Below are positions 1 to 9,816 of a stretch of DNA of 64,000 nt, piece after piece (within the stretch, counting starts at the first letter, position 1; the number at the start of each line of letters is the position of its first letter). Made by a program: the position numbers and the translations under genes. Source of the DNA: Candidatus Latescibacterota bacterium (GTDB lineage Bacteria; Latescibacterota; UBA2968); the NCBI GenBank assembly GCA_965204745.1, contig OZ242010.1, positions 1,216,001-1,280,000 on the forward strand, in the 5' to 3' direction. The notes beneath the pieces were generated by a model. That model made no database searches, had not been told where the DNA came from, and saw only the letters and a program-made list of their open reading frames with translations.

Positions 1-2
1 AC

Positions 3-632
3 AACATTGACTACACCAGAGACATATCCAATCTAAAAGGACAAAGAAGCGAACTTTACGACGACAAATTGTTTGATAAAATCAAGGACATGATGGGGGG
101 ATATTATAGCAGTTCCGGCGACGACATCGCATTTACCTCCAGGCGCAAAGGACGCAGCTTTAATCTACCGTTGCACATCGCGTCCTCCTCAGCACGTGGC
201 CTGTCCGACTTGTATTTCTACCTGCGTCACGTAGCAAAAGAAAATCAACTCGTCATCATCGACGAGCCAGAGAGCCATCTCGATACGGCCAACCAAATAC
301 AACTGGCGAGATTGTTGGCGCGGATGGCACAGTCTAACCTGAAGGTTCTGATAACCACCCACAGCGACTACATCATCAAGGAAATCAACAACCTCATTAT
401 GCTCAGTAGGCTAAAGAAACAAAAGAAGGTCGTTAAGGATCTGGGGTATAAAAAAGACGACTTTATCGAACCGGACGCAATTCGGGCGTATGTCGCAGAG
501 GGGGACAGCTTGACCAAGTGTGAAATTGATGAATTTGGCATCGACATGCCCGTCTTTGACGAAACCATTGATAAAATCAATCGGACTTCAAATGAACTTG
601 CCTCGCGTCTCATAGAAGAAAAGGAGGCGTGA
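3..632 (+). CDS. ABC-type AAA ATPase (AAA_15/AAA_21-like), 5' end outside the window
   Basis: Frame is open from base 3. Signature-like ASSS, Walker B IIDEPESHL and H-loop ITTHSDY are present. Confidence 0.85.
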   Translation, partial: NIDYTRDISNLKGQRSELYDDKLFDKIKDMMGGYYSSSGDDIAFTSRRKGRSFNLPLHIASSSARGLSDLYFYLRHVAKENQLVIIDEPESHLDTANQIQLARLLARMAQSNLKVLITTHSDYIIKEINNLIMLSRLKKQKKVVKDLGYKKDDFIEPDAIRAYVAEGDSLTKCEIDEFGIDMPVFDETIDKINRTSNELASRLIEEKEA

Positions 633-633
633 A

Positions 634-1188
634 ATGGCGATAAATTCGGTATTGGAGAGAGTTCTGATAGAAGATGTTGTGGAGACGCCAAGTAAGGATA
701 AAACCATCACCCTTCAGGAAAAGGATGCGAATGTCGATATGGAGGTAAAAATAGTTACACAGTCCGCGTCCGTCATCGCGATACGGATGAGTGCTAAGAA
801 CCACTTACCAATTATGCAAGATGGCCCGTGGAAGCAGGTATGCGACTATCTGCTAGTCGTTGAATCAGCCGATGAAATTCACGCCGTTTTCATTGAACTG
901 AAGAAAACTCTTACACAAGAGAAAAAGCCAAGAGAACAACTACGGCGATCCCTGCCGTTTTTGGCGTATCTTCTTTCCGTCTGCAAAATTGAGAATAGTA
1001 GCATTCAGACAACAAGCCTAAACACTACTTATTTTATTTTAGGAAAAAAATTGAACGAAAAGATCGACAAGGAGTCGGTGAGAATTAATCCTGATAGAAC
1101 GATTGAAAAGGAACAGTACGAAGAAATCGAAATTTCGACCTCAACCAGGAAAAGGTTCACGCTTGATGAATTGACAAACCGCAAGTAA
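634..1188 (+). CDS. Hypothetical protein, probable PD-(D/E)XK nuclease partner of the ATPase
   Basis: Starts 1 nt after the ATPase stop with a GGAGG RBS. Motif CDYLLV...VFIELKK...EQL; AT-richer than neighbouring genes. Confidence 0.6.
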   Translation: MAINSVLERVLIEDVVETPSKDKTITLQEKDANVDMEVKIVTQSASVIAIRMSAKNHLPIMQDGPWKQVCDYLLVVESADEIHAVFIELKKTLTQEKKPREQLRRSLPFLAYLLSVCKIENSSIQTTSLNTTYFILGKKLNEKIDKESVRINPDRTIEKEQYEEIEISTSTRKRFTLDELTNRK

Positions 1189-1367
1189 AGAGATCTCTCG
1201 GGCGAAAAAACCCAAATCATTGATGGTTGCCGTGTATGGATTACAATTACTTAGGCCGTTAGCTTCCAAGTTGGCGGCCTTATCTGTTATACCAAATTGG
1301 ATTCCTGATGTGATGCGACATGCAGAGAGCAAGCTCTGTAAAGCGTCTATTCAAATCGTCGAACAAT

Positions 1368-1620
1368 TATGAATTGCAGGAAATCCCTTAAGTGCGTATC
1401 GACGGCGCCAACGCAGGAGAGGAAGACGCTGAAACAAAGCAAATTTCCCTTGAACTGGGATGACAAACGGGTTCAGAAGGTCATTGCCCACTACGAGCAA
1501 CAGACAGAGGATGCGGCCATTGCTGAGGACGAAGGCGCGTTTGGAAATTCGTCCCAAACAGTTGTCGAAATCCCCCAAGAACTGATGCCTGTTGTCCGCG
1601 AACTCATTGCCAAGCATTGA
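1368..1620 (+). pseudogene. Decayed two-gene toxin-antitoxin-like module: upstream gene tail plus small downstream gene with a CTG start
   Basis: Frameshifted tail YEL/GNPLSAYRRRQRRRGRR* ends at 1432 and overlaps as CTGA (normally ATGA) with ORF 1429-1620 KQSKFPLNWDDKRVQKVIAHYEQQTED. Confidence 0.45.
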
Positions 1621-1695
1621 CCGATTTGGATGCAACAGGTTGCGTTTCAGTTTCAGGCAGTGTGGTGATGGGGCAACGGATCAAAGGAGAGATGA

Positions 1696-2667
1696 GTGAG
1701 AGCAGCGCGCGTTGTCGCGCATCGGCGGATTGAGATGTTCGAGGCCGATGAGCCAGAGATCGATGCCTTTCCAAAAGGGTCGATCAAAGTGAAGACGCAC
1801 CTGACCGCGATTTGCGGATCGGATTCCCCGCGGTTTGTCTTGAAGTACCCGGCCGAAGCGTATCCCATGAACATCGGGATTTCCATTCACGAGTGCATCG
1901 GCACGGTGGTGGCGTCTTCGTCAAACCGGTTTGCACCCGGGGATTTTGTGCAGGCGCGTCCCACAGCGGGTATTGGGGGGTTGGCCGAGTATTATATTTC
2001 CAATGAAAATGTGGGCGTGCATCTCGTGGCCTTTGAACCCCGCGATGAAATGTTGATGTCGCAACCCTTGGGTACGGTGATTTGGGCGTGTCGCAAACTG
2101 GGCAACCTCATCAACCGCGACGCCGTGGTCGTCGGGCAAGGCCCCATGGGGTTGCTGATGACGCACCTGTTGAGTAACTTAGGGGCGCGAACTGTGGTCG
2201 GCGTGGATACCGTGGATTTTCGCCTCAACGCGGCAAAAAAGATGCGCGCAACCCATGTGCTCAACCCCGACAGAGACGACGTGGTGGCATGCGTCAAAGA
2301 AATCACGCACGGGCGCATGGCCGATTTGGTGGTGGAAATGGTGGGGCACAATCAAGACACCGTGAATCTATGCCTGCATTTGACCAAGCGTTTGGGCACT
2401 GTGCTGGCTTTCGGGGTACCGGATGACGATGTGTACGCGTTTCATTACCGCGACTTTTTTCGCAAGAACATAACCTTGATCGGCTCTGTGGGGCCGGATT
2501 CCCAGAACGACTATCCCCTCGCGATGGACATGATCGCCCAACAGCGCATCGACGTGTCCCCCCTGATCACGCACCACTTGCCATTTACAGATGTGCAGAA
2601 GGGCTTTGAGTTGTTCATCGATCACCGAGACGAGGCGATTAAGGTCGTGTTGGATTATGAAGAGTGA
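1696..2667 (+). CDS. Zinc-binding (MDR family) alcohol dehydrogenase
   Basis: AICGSD, HECIG and the Rossmann motif VVGQGPMG. Confidence 0.9.
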   Translation: MRAARVVAHRRIEMFEADEPEIDAFPKGSIKVKTHLTAICGSDSPRFVLKYPAEAYPMNIGISIHECIGTVVASSSNRFAPGDFVQARPTAGIGGLAEYYISNENVGVHLVAFEPRDEMLMSQPLGTVIWACRKLGNLINRDAVVVGQGPMGLLMTHLLSNLGARTVVGVDTVDFRLNAAKKMRATHVLNPDRDDVVACVKEITHGRMADLVVEMVGHNQDTVNLCLHLTKRLGTVLAFGVPDDDVYAFHYRDFFRKNITLIGSVGPDSQNDYPLAMDMIAQQRIDVSPLITHHLPFTDVQKGFELFIDHRDEAIKVVLDYEE

Positions 2668-3272
2668 ATTAACCACTATCAGGAGGTTCTCATGCAAATG
2701 ACACCGGCGCAGAAGCGACAATTTTATCGGGATGGCTATGTGCTCGTGCGCGGGGCCGTGCCGAAGTTGATGGCCGATCATGCGCGGCGCGCCATTAACC
2801 GGCACATGGGGGTTCGCACCCTGGCACCGGGCAGAAACCCGGGGTTGAGCGATCAACCGGTGATCGCGGATCTGTTCAACAAATCGCCGCTGTGGGGCCT
2901 GTGCGAATCCGTTGTGGGCAAGGGGAAATTGATCCCGCCGCGTGCGGGCAATGTGAAGCTCAATTTTCCCGATGCCGAAGAACGCCCCCTCACGCGCGGG
3001 CACCTAGATTTGGGCGGCAAGTTGAAAGACGGGTTGTTGAGCCGCGGCATGACCCTGTTGGTGGTGGTGTTGGTTCACGATGTGCCCCGGCCGCTGATGG
3101 GCAATTTCTGCTTTTGGCCCGGATCGCATCGCGCTTATGAAACGGCATTTCAACAAGACCCGGAGTACGTGGCAACCGCAAAGGCCAATCGCCGGATACC
3201 GGATCTCGATTTGCCCCACGATCCCATCCAATTTACGGGTGAAGCGGGCGACGCGGTGATCTGCCATCACCA

Positions 3273-4256
3273 ATGCGAATTAAGAGTAGAAAGCGAGTAA
3301 GAAGCAAGCCGCGGTCAATCGCCCAAAGACATGAACGAGTAAGCCCTCATAGGATCGTACCCGAGACGCCATCGAGATGTTCGTCTTTCGTTCAATCCAA
3401 CTGAACAAGGCCTCAATCGGCTGTCGTATGCTCGAAACCGCCCGAGAATAGTCTTTTTCGGCTTCGGTCAGGCTTTCTTGTCCCTTCTTGCGCTTCACCG
3501 GCGTCTCGAAGATCAGGTTCTGCTGTTTGCTAAGCGTGTCTTTTAAGGGCTGATCGGCGTAGATTTTATCGCCGTAGAGGTGTCCATCACGCAAAACGGG
3601 TAAGACTTGTCGCAAAGCGGTCAGGTCATGCTCTGCTGCACCTGTCAAGCCGATGTACTCTGCTTTCGGGAGGCCGTTCTCACGGTCTTGTGCGACAATG
3701 TGCAGTTTGGTGCCGTAATACCACATCTTTTTGGAAGCGCAGCGGCCTTTGTTGGCCAGTTGTTCTTCGGCCACACACGCCTGACCGCTGCGTGCCGATT
3801 GTGCCATGACAATCGGCATGGAATCCACCAAGTAGGTGTGTTCAGAGAGATCGGTTGCGGGACTGTCCTTTTGGATTTGTTCAATCAATGGCGCGAAGAC
3901 CACACACAAGCGGTTCAACCGCTGGATATAGCCTGCATAAGTGGGCAGATGGGGAAACCAGTCGGAAAGATGATCCTTGGTATAGGTATAAATCGCCTTG
4001 ATCTGCGTGTGCTGTTGCATGATCCCAAACAAATAGATCGTCAGCACTTCTTCATCTGTGAAGGTCGGCGTATCGTTATTGCTCATGCGTTCCGTATAAA
4101 ACCACAGATGCTTTTGGTCATACTGCTGACAAATATAGACATACAAGTGAATGAGTTTATCTTGCCAATCCATCGCGTGCTCCTTCCTTTAAGGGTGAAA
4201 TGACTGAGCCCTCAAGAAAAGACAAGTACGCGATGGATTCAACTCTTAATTCGCAT
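3273..4256 (-). mobile_element. IS982-family insertion sequence, apparently intact
   Basis: Perfect 15-bp terminal IR ATGCGAATTAAGAGT (3273) / ACTCTTAATTCGCAT (4242-4256), flanking direct repeat CACCA, one transposase ORF. Confidence 0.9.
3280..4173 (-). CDS. IS982-family DDE transposase
   Basis: FTDEEVLTIYLFG, LVDSMPI, YYGTKLH, LYGDKIY and RQPIEALF motifs; 297 aa. Confidence 0.9.
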   Translation of the reverse strand: MDWQDKLIHLYVYICQQYDQKHLWFYTERMSNNDTPTFTDEEVLTIYLFGIMQQHTQIKAIYTYTKDHLSDWFPHLPTYAGYIQRLNRLCVVFAPLIEQIQKDSPATDLSEHTYLVDSMPIVMAQSARSGQACVAEEQLANKGRCASKKMWYYGTKLHIVAQDRENGLPKAEYIGLTGAAEHDLTALRQVLPVLRDGHLYGDKIYADQPLKDTLSKQQNLIFETPVKRKKGQESLTEAEKDYSRAVSSIRQPIEALFSWIERKTNISMASRVRSYEGLLVHVFGRLTAACFLLAFYS

Positions 4257-4447
4257 CACCAGATGTATCACAACGCCGGGCCAAACCATTCGCCGGATAT
4301 TCGCTATGCCGTGATTTTCAGGCCCAGGCATATCCACGCCAGCGAAAATGGCACGGCTGTGATGGCCGATATTTGGCGCGAGTTTGAAGGCTTGACCGAG
4401 ATTCGGGAAGCGGCGATGCCGGTTTAGGCACTTGTTTTTTTGCGTCC

Positions 4448-4484
4448 AATCCCCTGTTCTCCAATGCGGAGCAGGGGATTTTTT
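4448..4484 (+). terminator. Intrinsic terminator-like hairpin
   Basis: AATCCCCTG...CAGGGGATT followed by a T tract, after the PhyH stop. Confidence 0.5.
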
Positions 4485-4599
4485 CCGTTGACACCTGGTG
4501 TTCGGTCGTCTATGCGGAAGCCACCGCCGCTCATCCTTGAGGATCGGCGGGAAAATGCGGCGCGTGCCGACTTTCGCCGAAGCAGGTGCTGAAGTGACT

Positions 4600-6135
4600 T
4601 TATTCGATCCCCCATTCCGCTTGCCGATAGTAGCGATCCACCGTCGGCATCATTTTCGTGCTCACCTCGATCTCGTGTTGCGCGTCGAACATGCCCTTCC
4701 AGAAGTGCAACATGCCCCGCATCGCTTCCGCATTCAAAAACCGCGTTTCAACATCCTCAAACCGAAGTTCCCGCACCCGGCGAATCAGTCCCTCTGAGTG
4801 TCTGTCTTTTGCCCGCATGCCCAATACCCATCCCCAATCGCTCATCGTCGGGATGTACGCGTGATACGGAACGGTTGCAAAACCCGCATCGGCCATCGTG
4901 CGTTCAATGCACAAAAACGCGAGCCGTGCGAAAAGCGGACTCGACGCCTGCGTCACCAGCACCCCGCCAGCGGCCAAGTGGCGCGCACACGCCAAATAAA
5001 ATTCTCGGGCGTACAATCGCGCGAGGTCAGGCCCTTTGGGATCGGGCAAATCCACAATGATCACATCGAACAGGGAATCCGACCGCGCCAAGAACGCGCC
5101 CGCATCGCCGATCACCACCCGCACGCGCGGATCGTCCAATGCCTTCTCATTTGCTCGCACAAAAACCGAATGCGTGCGCGCCAGATCGATCATCGCCGCG
5201 TCCAACTCCACCAGCGTAATCGCCTGCACCTCCGCGTACTTCGCCACCTCGCGCACGGCCAGTCCATCGCCCCCGCCCAAAATCAGCACCGCGCTGCGCG
5301 ATGCCGCCAGTTGCATGGCCGGATGCACCAGCGATTCGTGATAGCGTTCTTCGTCATACGTGCTGAATTGCACATTGCCATTTAGGTATAGCCAGTGGTG
5401 GTTCTTCCACTCTGTGATGACAACGCGCTGATACGCGGTCTGCGCCTGATAAACCACGCGGTCGGAGTGCTGGGTCTGTTCCCCATACATCACGATGGGG
5501 CGGATGGTAAAACCCAATACGATCAGGCCCGCGCCCAAAATCCAAAAGCCCGCCATCAGGAGTATCGGACGCGCCAAGAGATGTCGATATTGCCACAACA
5601 ACACGGATGCCACCGCAAAGTTCACCGCGCCCAATGCGAGCGGGGTATAGGTCAACCCCAACTTTGGCAAGAAAAAAAAGGCGAACAAAAGCCCGCCGAT
5701 CAACGCGCCAAAATAATCCTTTTCCATCACCGAGGCGATATTGCTCCGCAAATCCTGGTACGCCTCGTTCATGCGTGCCACCAGCGGAATCTCCATCCCG
5801 ATCAGCACCCCAATGGCAAAGGCATAGCCGTAGATGAAAACTCCTGCGGACAACGTGAGCTTCGATCCAAAATAAGCCGCAATCGCACAGGTGGCACAAA
5901 GCGCGGACAAATAAAACTCAACCGCGATAAATCGATCCAACAGCCGGTCCGTCAACATCTGGCTCCAGCGACTGCCCAGGCCCATCGCAAACAACATCAA
6001 GGACATGAGCACGGCCCATTGCACGGTCGTATTGCCCAACAAATAACTCGCCAGCGTTGACAGCGTGAACTCCGCCACAATGCCCGCACAGCCTGTGGCA
6101 AACACGCAGGCTTTTAAGAGATTACTTTGACGCAT
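4600..6135 (-). CDS. speE: Membrane-anchored polyamine aminopropyltransferase (spermidine synthase-like)
   Basis: About 7 N-terminal TM helices, then LYLNGNVQFS, ILGGGDG, VELD and DVIIVDLPDP motifs. Confidence 0.88.
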   Translation of the reverse strand: MRQSNLLKACVFATGCAGIVAEFTLSTLASYLLGNTTVQWAVLMSLMLFAMGLGSRWSQMLTDRLLDRFIAVEFYLSALCATCAIAAYFGSKLTLSAGVFIYGYAFAIGVLIGMEIPLVARMNEAYQDLRSNIASVMEKDYFGALIGGLLFAFFFLPKLGLTYTPLALGAVNFAVASVLLWQYRHLLARPILLMAGFWILGAGLIVLGFTIRPIVMYGEQTQHSDRVVYQAQTAYQRVVITEWKNHHWLYLNGNVQFSTYDEERYHESLVHPAMQLAASRSAVLILGGGDGLAVREVAKYAEVQAITLVELDAAMIDLARTHSVFVRANEKALDDPRVRVVIGDAGAFLARSDSLFDVIIVDLPDPKGPDLARLYAREFYLACARHLAAGGVLVTQASSPLFARLAFLCIERTMADAGFATVPYHAYIPTMSDWGWVLGMRAKDRHSEGLIRRVRELRFEDVETRFLNAEAMRGMLHFWKGMFDAQHEIEVSTKMMPTVDRYYRQAEWGIE

Positions 6136-6139
6136 AAGC

Positions 6140-6177
6140 AAAAAAACAACTCGGCGGCCACATCCACCGCCGAGTTG
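6140..6177 (-). terminator. Intrinsic terminator immediately upstream of the speE start
   Basis: 11-bp stem CAACTCGGCGG/CCGCCGAGTTG followed by T7 on the minus strand. Confidence 0.7.
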
Positions 6178-6284
6178 GAGAAATTCAATCGGGTTAGAAT
6201 CACAGCGCGATCACCATATCTTCTGAAATTTCGCGCGTTGGGATTTTCTTTAGGTTTCCAAAGTCATTCATTCCCGCCCTCTTC

Positions 6285-7130
6285 TCACAAACTCCACACG
6301 ATCAAGAACGACGCGCCCACATAAGACGCCGCTTCGATGAAGCCCGCGCCCAGGTTGGGGTGTTCTTGGTTGGCGATTTCATCGGTCAACTTTTGCCCGG
6401 GCAGCAAAATCACATCGGCGATGGTGCGGACGATGGGCAACAGAATCAAGCCCGCGACCACCTCAATTGCAAAATCCTGCACATTCACGGCCCAGGAAAT
6501 AAAATTGCCCGCGGATGCGTGGAACACGATCACGCCAATGCCGACCAATGCGCCGGCAAACGCCACGCCTGCCGCGACATTGTCTTGCTCGATCTCATCG
6601 TGGATGCTGTACGGGGTAACCCACTCGTACACCAACCCGGCCAGCACCAGAGCCACTTGGCCCAAGGCCCAGAACGCCACGGTCGTCACAATCCCGCCGA
6701 TCTCGCCCGACACCGCGCCGAAAATCACCAAACCCGTTGCGATGTACGACGCGGCCACGACAACGCCCGTCCCCGCGTTTTGATCGCGGATCAACTCATC
6801 CCGAATTTTGAACCCGTGCAAAATCAACCCGTCGTTGACAAAGCGCGACAGGTTCATCAACACAATCGACAACAATCCGTAAATCCCGATGTCGATCAAA
6901 TCGTTGTCTAGCCCCTGCGATGGGCCGGACAGGGTGCCGCCAATCGCCATCACCAAGCCAAAATAGTAGCCGGCCATCGCCACGCCCAACGCGGCATTGT
7001 CTTTTTCGACCAACTCCTCCCGCACGCGATAGCCCGATGTGGTCAAGTCCTTCACCAACTTGCCGATGTAGAACAGCGCAAACGCGCAAATCAGATAAAT
7101 CCCCGTTGCCATCAAATCTTGTCCGATCAT
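6285..7130 (-). CDS. DUF350 family membrane protein (two domains)
   Basis: Repeated 'EELVEKDNAALG / DELIRDQNAGTG / DEIEQDNVAAG' motifs, multiple TM segments, next to speE. Confidence 0.8.
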   Translation of the reverse strand: MIGQDLMATGIYLICAFALFYIGKLVKDLTTSGYRVREELVEKDNAALGVAMAGYYFGLVMAIGGTLSGPSQGLDNDLIDIGIYGLLSIVLMNLSRFVNDGLILHGFKIRDELIRDQNAGTGVVVAASYIATGLVIFGAVSGEIGGIVTTVAFWALGQVALVLAGLVYEWVTPYSIHDEIEQDNVAAGVAFAGALVGIGVIVFHASAGNFISWAVNVQDFAIEVVAGLILLPIVRTIADVILLPGQKLTDEIANQEHPNLGAGFIEAASYVGASFLIVWSL

Positions 7131-7918
7131 TTTCCAAACCCTCCAGAACTGCGGCTGCCAAATCCAGACCGACTGCGACTCGTTGAACGCGAACTGCTGC
7201 CAAAAGAACTGCGGCTCGTGGAACTCGAACCATAACTGCGGCTCGTCGTGCGCGAACTGCCAAACCCGGTCCGGCTCTGGCTGGTGCGGCTTTGCACCTT
7301 TTGCGCGAACGATTGCTTCTTTTGCGCCACCGCTTGTTTGCGCCGCTCAAACGCGGATGGCTTTTGTCGTTGCGTCACAGACCCTTGCGTGCCGTATTCC
7401 CGATTGCGGCCGTAATACGGCCTGCGGTCGCGGCGATAGGTTCGATAATCGTCGTAATCGTAGCGACTCATGCCAAACCCGCCGCCCCAACCGAGCAAAT
7501 TCCGCATCAGCGCGTATTGCCCGTAAAATTCCCAGAATGACGTGCCCCCGCGATCCACCCAGCGCCCATAGTTCTGATTGCCCACATAGTGGTATCCGGG
7601 CGGATGCGGCGTATCGTTCACGCCGTCTTTCTCGGATTTCGCCACCAGCGCCATGCCCAAAAACGGTTCGTACTTTTTGTAAATGGCCTCCGACACCTCC
7701 AGCCAGTCCGTCTGCACCTTCTTCTCGCCCTGCGTAATCAAATACCGGTGATAGTACTTGGTGAAAATCGAGCCTTCCTCCCGCATATCGTCCAACACGA
7801 TCATATACGCCGGCGCAGAGGCCAATGACCGTTGCATCTCGACGACCGGATCGCGTTCCCCCCCACAGCCGCACAACAACAGGCCGATCAGCAAGACCGG
7901 CAATCTTCCGTGCATCAT
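7127..7918 (-). CDS. Lipoprotein with Ser/Arg/Gly-rich C-terminal tail
   Basis: Lipobox LLCGC, SFWEFYGQYA motif, tail ending SRSSGGFGK; ATGA overlap with the DUF350 gene. Confidence 0.75.
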   Translation of the reverse strand: MMHGRLPVLLIGLLLCGCGGERDPVVEMQRSLASAPAYMIVLDDMREEGSIFTKYYHRYLITQGEKKVQTDWLEVSEAIYKKYEPFLGMALVAKSEKDGVNDTPHPPGYHYVGNQNYGRWVDRGGTSFWEFYGQYALMRNLLGWGGGFGMSRYDYDDYRTYRRDRRPYYGRNREYGTQGSVTQRQKPSAFERRKQAVAQKKQSFAQKVQSRTSQSRTGFGSSRTTSRSYGSSSTSRSSFGSSSRSTSRSRSGFGSRSSGGFGK

Positions 7919-8029
7919 AGCTTCCTCCTTTGAAAATGAGAATTAGCGGTTAGCCTATTTTTTTGAACGGGATTGAAACTCCCGCGTCTTCGTCCGGGCA
8001 CGGGGCACCGCCCTTACGTTTTATCCGCG

Positions 8030-8578
8030 TCATTTCATCTGGGCATCGAAAATCGCGCCCGATGCGCGGTCTCGGTCTTTGAGGCGGACGAAGTAGGATT
8101 TTTCGTGGCCTTCTGCGGAAAGTGCCAGCACGTCGTGCGTCGTTGCGGCGGTTGCATCGCGCTGTTGTTCCAAGTGCCAGATCATCACGTACTCGGTTCC
8201 CGGGTCGCGTTGCCATGGCACTAACTGGTCTATGTCGATGAGTTTTCGGGGTTCTGCCCCGCTGAAGTCCGCGCCGGTGGCCGTATGCACGGTGAACTTG
8301 ATCTGCTCGTTTCGCGGGTCGTAAGCCACCTGGCCCTTTTCCACAAAATTGCGCTGGATGTGCGGCTCCATCATCGTCAGGGAATACGTGCTGTCGCCGA
8401 GCACGAGAATGGTGATTTCCTCGTCCACATCATCGGGGGTTCGCATCCCGGTTTCGCTGCCCGCATACATGAACCAAGTGCCCAGGGGCGCATCCAATTT
8501 TTGAGGTGCCTGCTCGACTTTTTCCTCGGCGCATCCGACGAGGAAACACAACCATACCGCGCAAATCATGCGTTTCAT
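8030..8578 (-). CDS. Hypothetical lipoprotein
   Basis: GGAGG RBS, then MKRMICAVWLCFLVGC with a lipobox. Confidence 0.7.
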   Translation of the reverse strand: MKRMICAVWLCFLVGCAEEKVEQAPQKLDAPLGTWFMYAGSETGMRTPDDVDEEITILVLGDSTYSLTMMEPHIQRNFVEKGQVAYDPRNEQIKFTVHTATGADFSGAEPRKLIDIDQLVPWQRDPGTEYVMIWHLEQQRDATAATTHDVLALSAEGHEKSYFVRLKDRDRASGAIFDAQMK

Positions 8579-8595
8579 ACGCCCTCCAAACAATA

Positions 8596-8637
8596 AAAGC
8601 GGCCCGAACAAAATCGTTGGGCCGCTCGTTTTTTTTC
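8596..8637. terminator. Terminator hairpin after dnaJ, possibly bidirectional
   Basis: AGCGGCCC...GGGCCGCT stem with A and T tracts on the two sides. Confidence 0.6.
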
Positions 8638-8642
8638 TAAAC

Positions 8643-9797
8643 CTACCCACCCAATGCTTCTTTCACGCGCTCGAAAAACCCCTTGCCCCCCTCGGGCGGC
8701 TGTGCGTTTTTCAATTTCTCGAGTTGGCGAAACAGGGCCTCTTCTTGCCGGTTCAATTTGGTCGGCGTCCAGACCACCACGCGCACGAGTTGGTCGCCCG
8801 TGCCATAGCCCTCCAGTTCGGGAATGCCCTTGCCGCGCAATCTGAAGATGCGCCCGGATTGCGTGCCCGGAGGGATTTTCATGCTCACGCGCCCGGTCAG
8901 GGTGGGCACTTCGATGTCCGCGCCTAGGGCCGCTTGGCTGAAACTGATGGGCAGGTCATAGACGATGTCATTGTTGCGGCGTTCAAAATGGCTGTGCTCT
9001 CTTTCTTCGATGAAGACCATACAATCGCCCGCAGGCCCGGCATTTGGCCCGGCATTGCCCTGCCCGCGCAAGGGAATGTAATTGCCCTCGGACACGCCGG
9101 CCGGGATGTTGACCGACAGGGTCTCCTGCTTTTTGACGCGGCCCTGCCCGTGGCAACTGTTGCACTGCTCGCGCACCATTTTCCCCGCGCCATTGCACTG
9201 CGGGCAGGTCGTGACATTGACGAATTGCCCAAACAAGGACCGCGTGGCCTGTCGAATTTGCCCCGCGCCGCCGCACATGCCACACGGCACGGGCATGCTA
9301 CCCGGCTTCGCGCCATCGCCGCCGCACGTATCGCAGGTTGCCAAGCGCGACAGGCGAATGGTTTTTTGCGCGCCTTCGGCAATTTCCTCTAAGGTCAAAT
9401 GGACCGACACCTTGAGGTCTTCGCCGCGGTTTGACCGCCTCGGTTTGCGGCGGCCCAGCAAATCGCCGAAAATGCCCCCGCCAAAGATCTCATCGAGGTT
9501 GGAAAAAATATCTTGAAAATCGCCGGCGTGCGAAAAATCGGACCACTGAAAGCCCCCGCCGCGAAAGGTACTGCTGATGCCATCGTGCCCAAATCGGTCG
9601 TAGGCTTGTCGCTTCTGGGGATCCATCAGCACTTCGTACGCCTCGGCGCCTTCTTTGAACTGCTCCTCGGCCGCGGGATTGTTCTTGTTGCGGTCCGGAT
9701 GGTATTTCAAGGCGTGTTTGCGATACGCCTTTTTGATGTCGTCTTCAGAGGCGTTGCGATTCACGCCCAAGACTTCGTAATAATCTCGTTTTGCCAT
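8643..9797 (-). CDS. dnaJ: Chaperone DnaJ
   Basis: [11 protein letters not shown] start, HPD motif, G/F region and four CxxCxGxG repeats. Confidence 0.97.
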   Translation of the reverse strand: MAKRDYYEVLGVNRNASEDDIKKAYRKHALKYHPDRNKNNPAAEEQFKEGAEAYEVLMDPQKRQAYDRFGHDGISSTFRGGGFQWSDFSHAGDFQDIFSNLDEIFGGGIFGDLLGRRKPRRSNRGEDLKVSVHLTLEEIAEGAQKTIRLSRLATCDTCGGDGAKPGSMPVPCGMCGGAGQIRQATRSLFGQFVNVTTCPQCNGAGKMVREQCNSCHGQGRVKKQETLSVNIPAGVSEGNYIPLRGQGNAGPNAGPAGDCMVFIEEREHSHFERRNNDIVYDLPISFSQAALGADIEVPTLTGRVSMKIPPGTQSGRIFRLRGKGIPELEGYGTGDQLVRVVVWTPTKLNRQEEALFRQLEKLKNAQPPEGGKGFFERVKEALGG

Positions 9798-9816
9798 GTA
9801 CCTTTCCCGGTTTTGC

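Larger units (their letters stand above)
2692..4427 (+). pseudogene. Phytanoyl-CoA dioxygenase (PhyH) family gene interrupted by IS982
   Basis: Removing 3273-4256 and one CACCA copy restores ...GDAVICHHQMYHNAGPNHSPDIR..., with HLD and the distal His of the HxD...H triad. Confidence 0.88.

Noticed and set aside
789-797. GAGTGCTAA CIRCE half-site (and TTGGCACTC at 39359)
   Set aside because: No partner half-site at 9-bp spacing, and neither lies near heat-shock genes.
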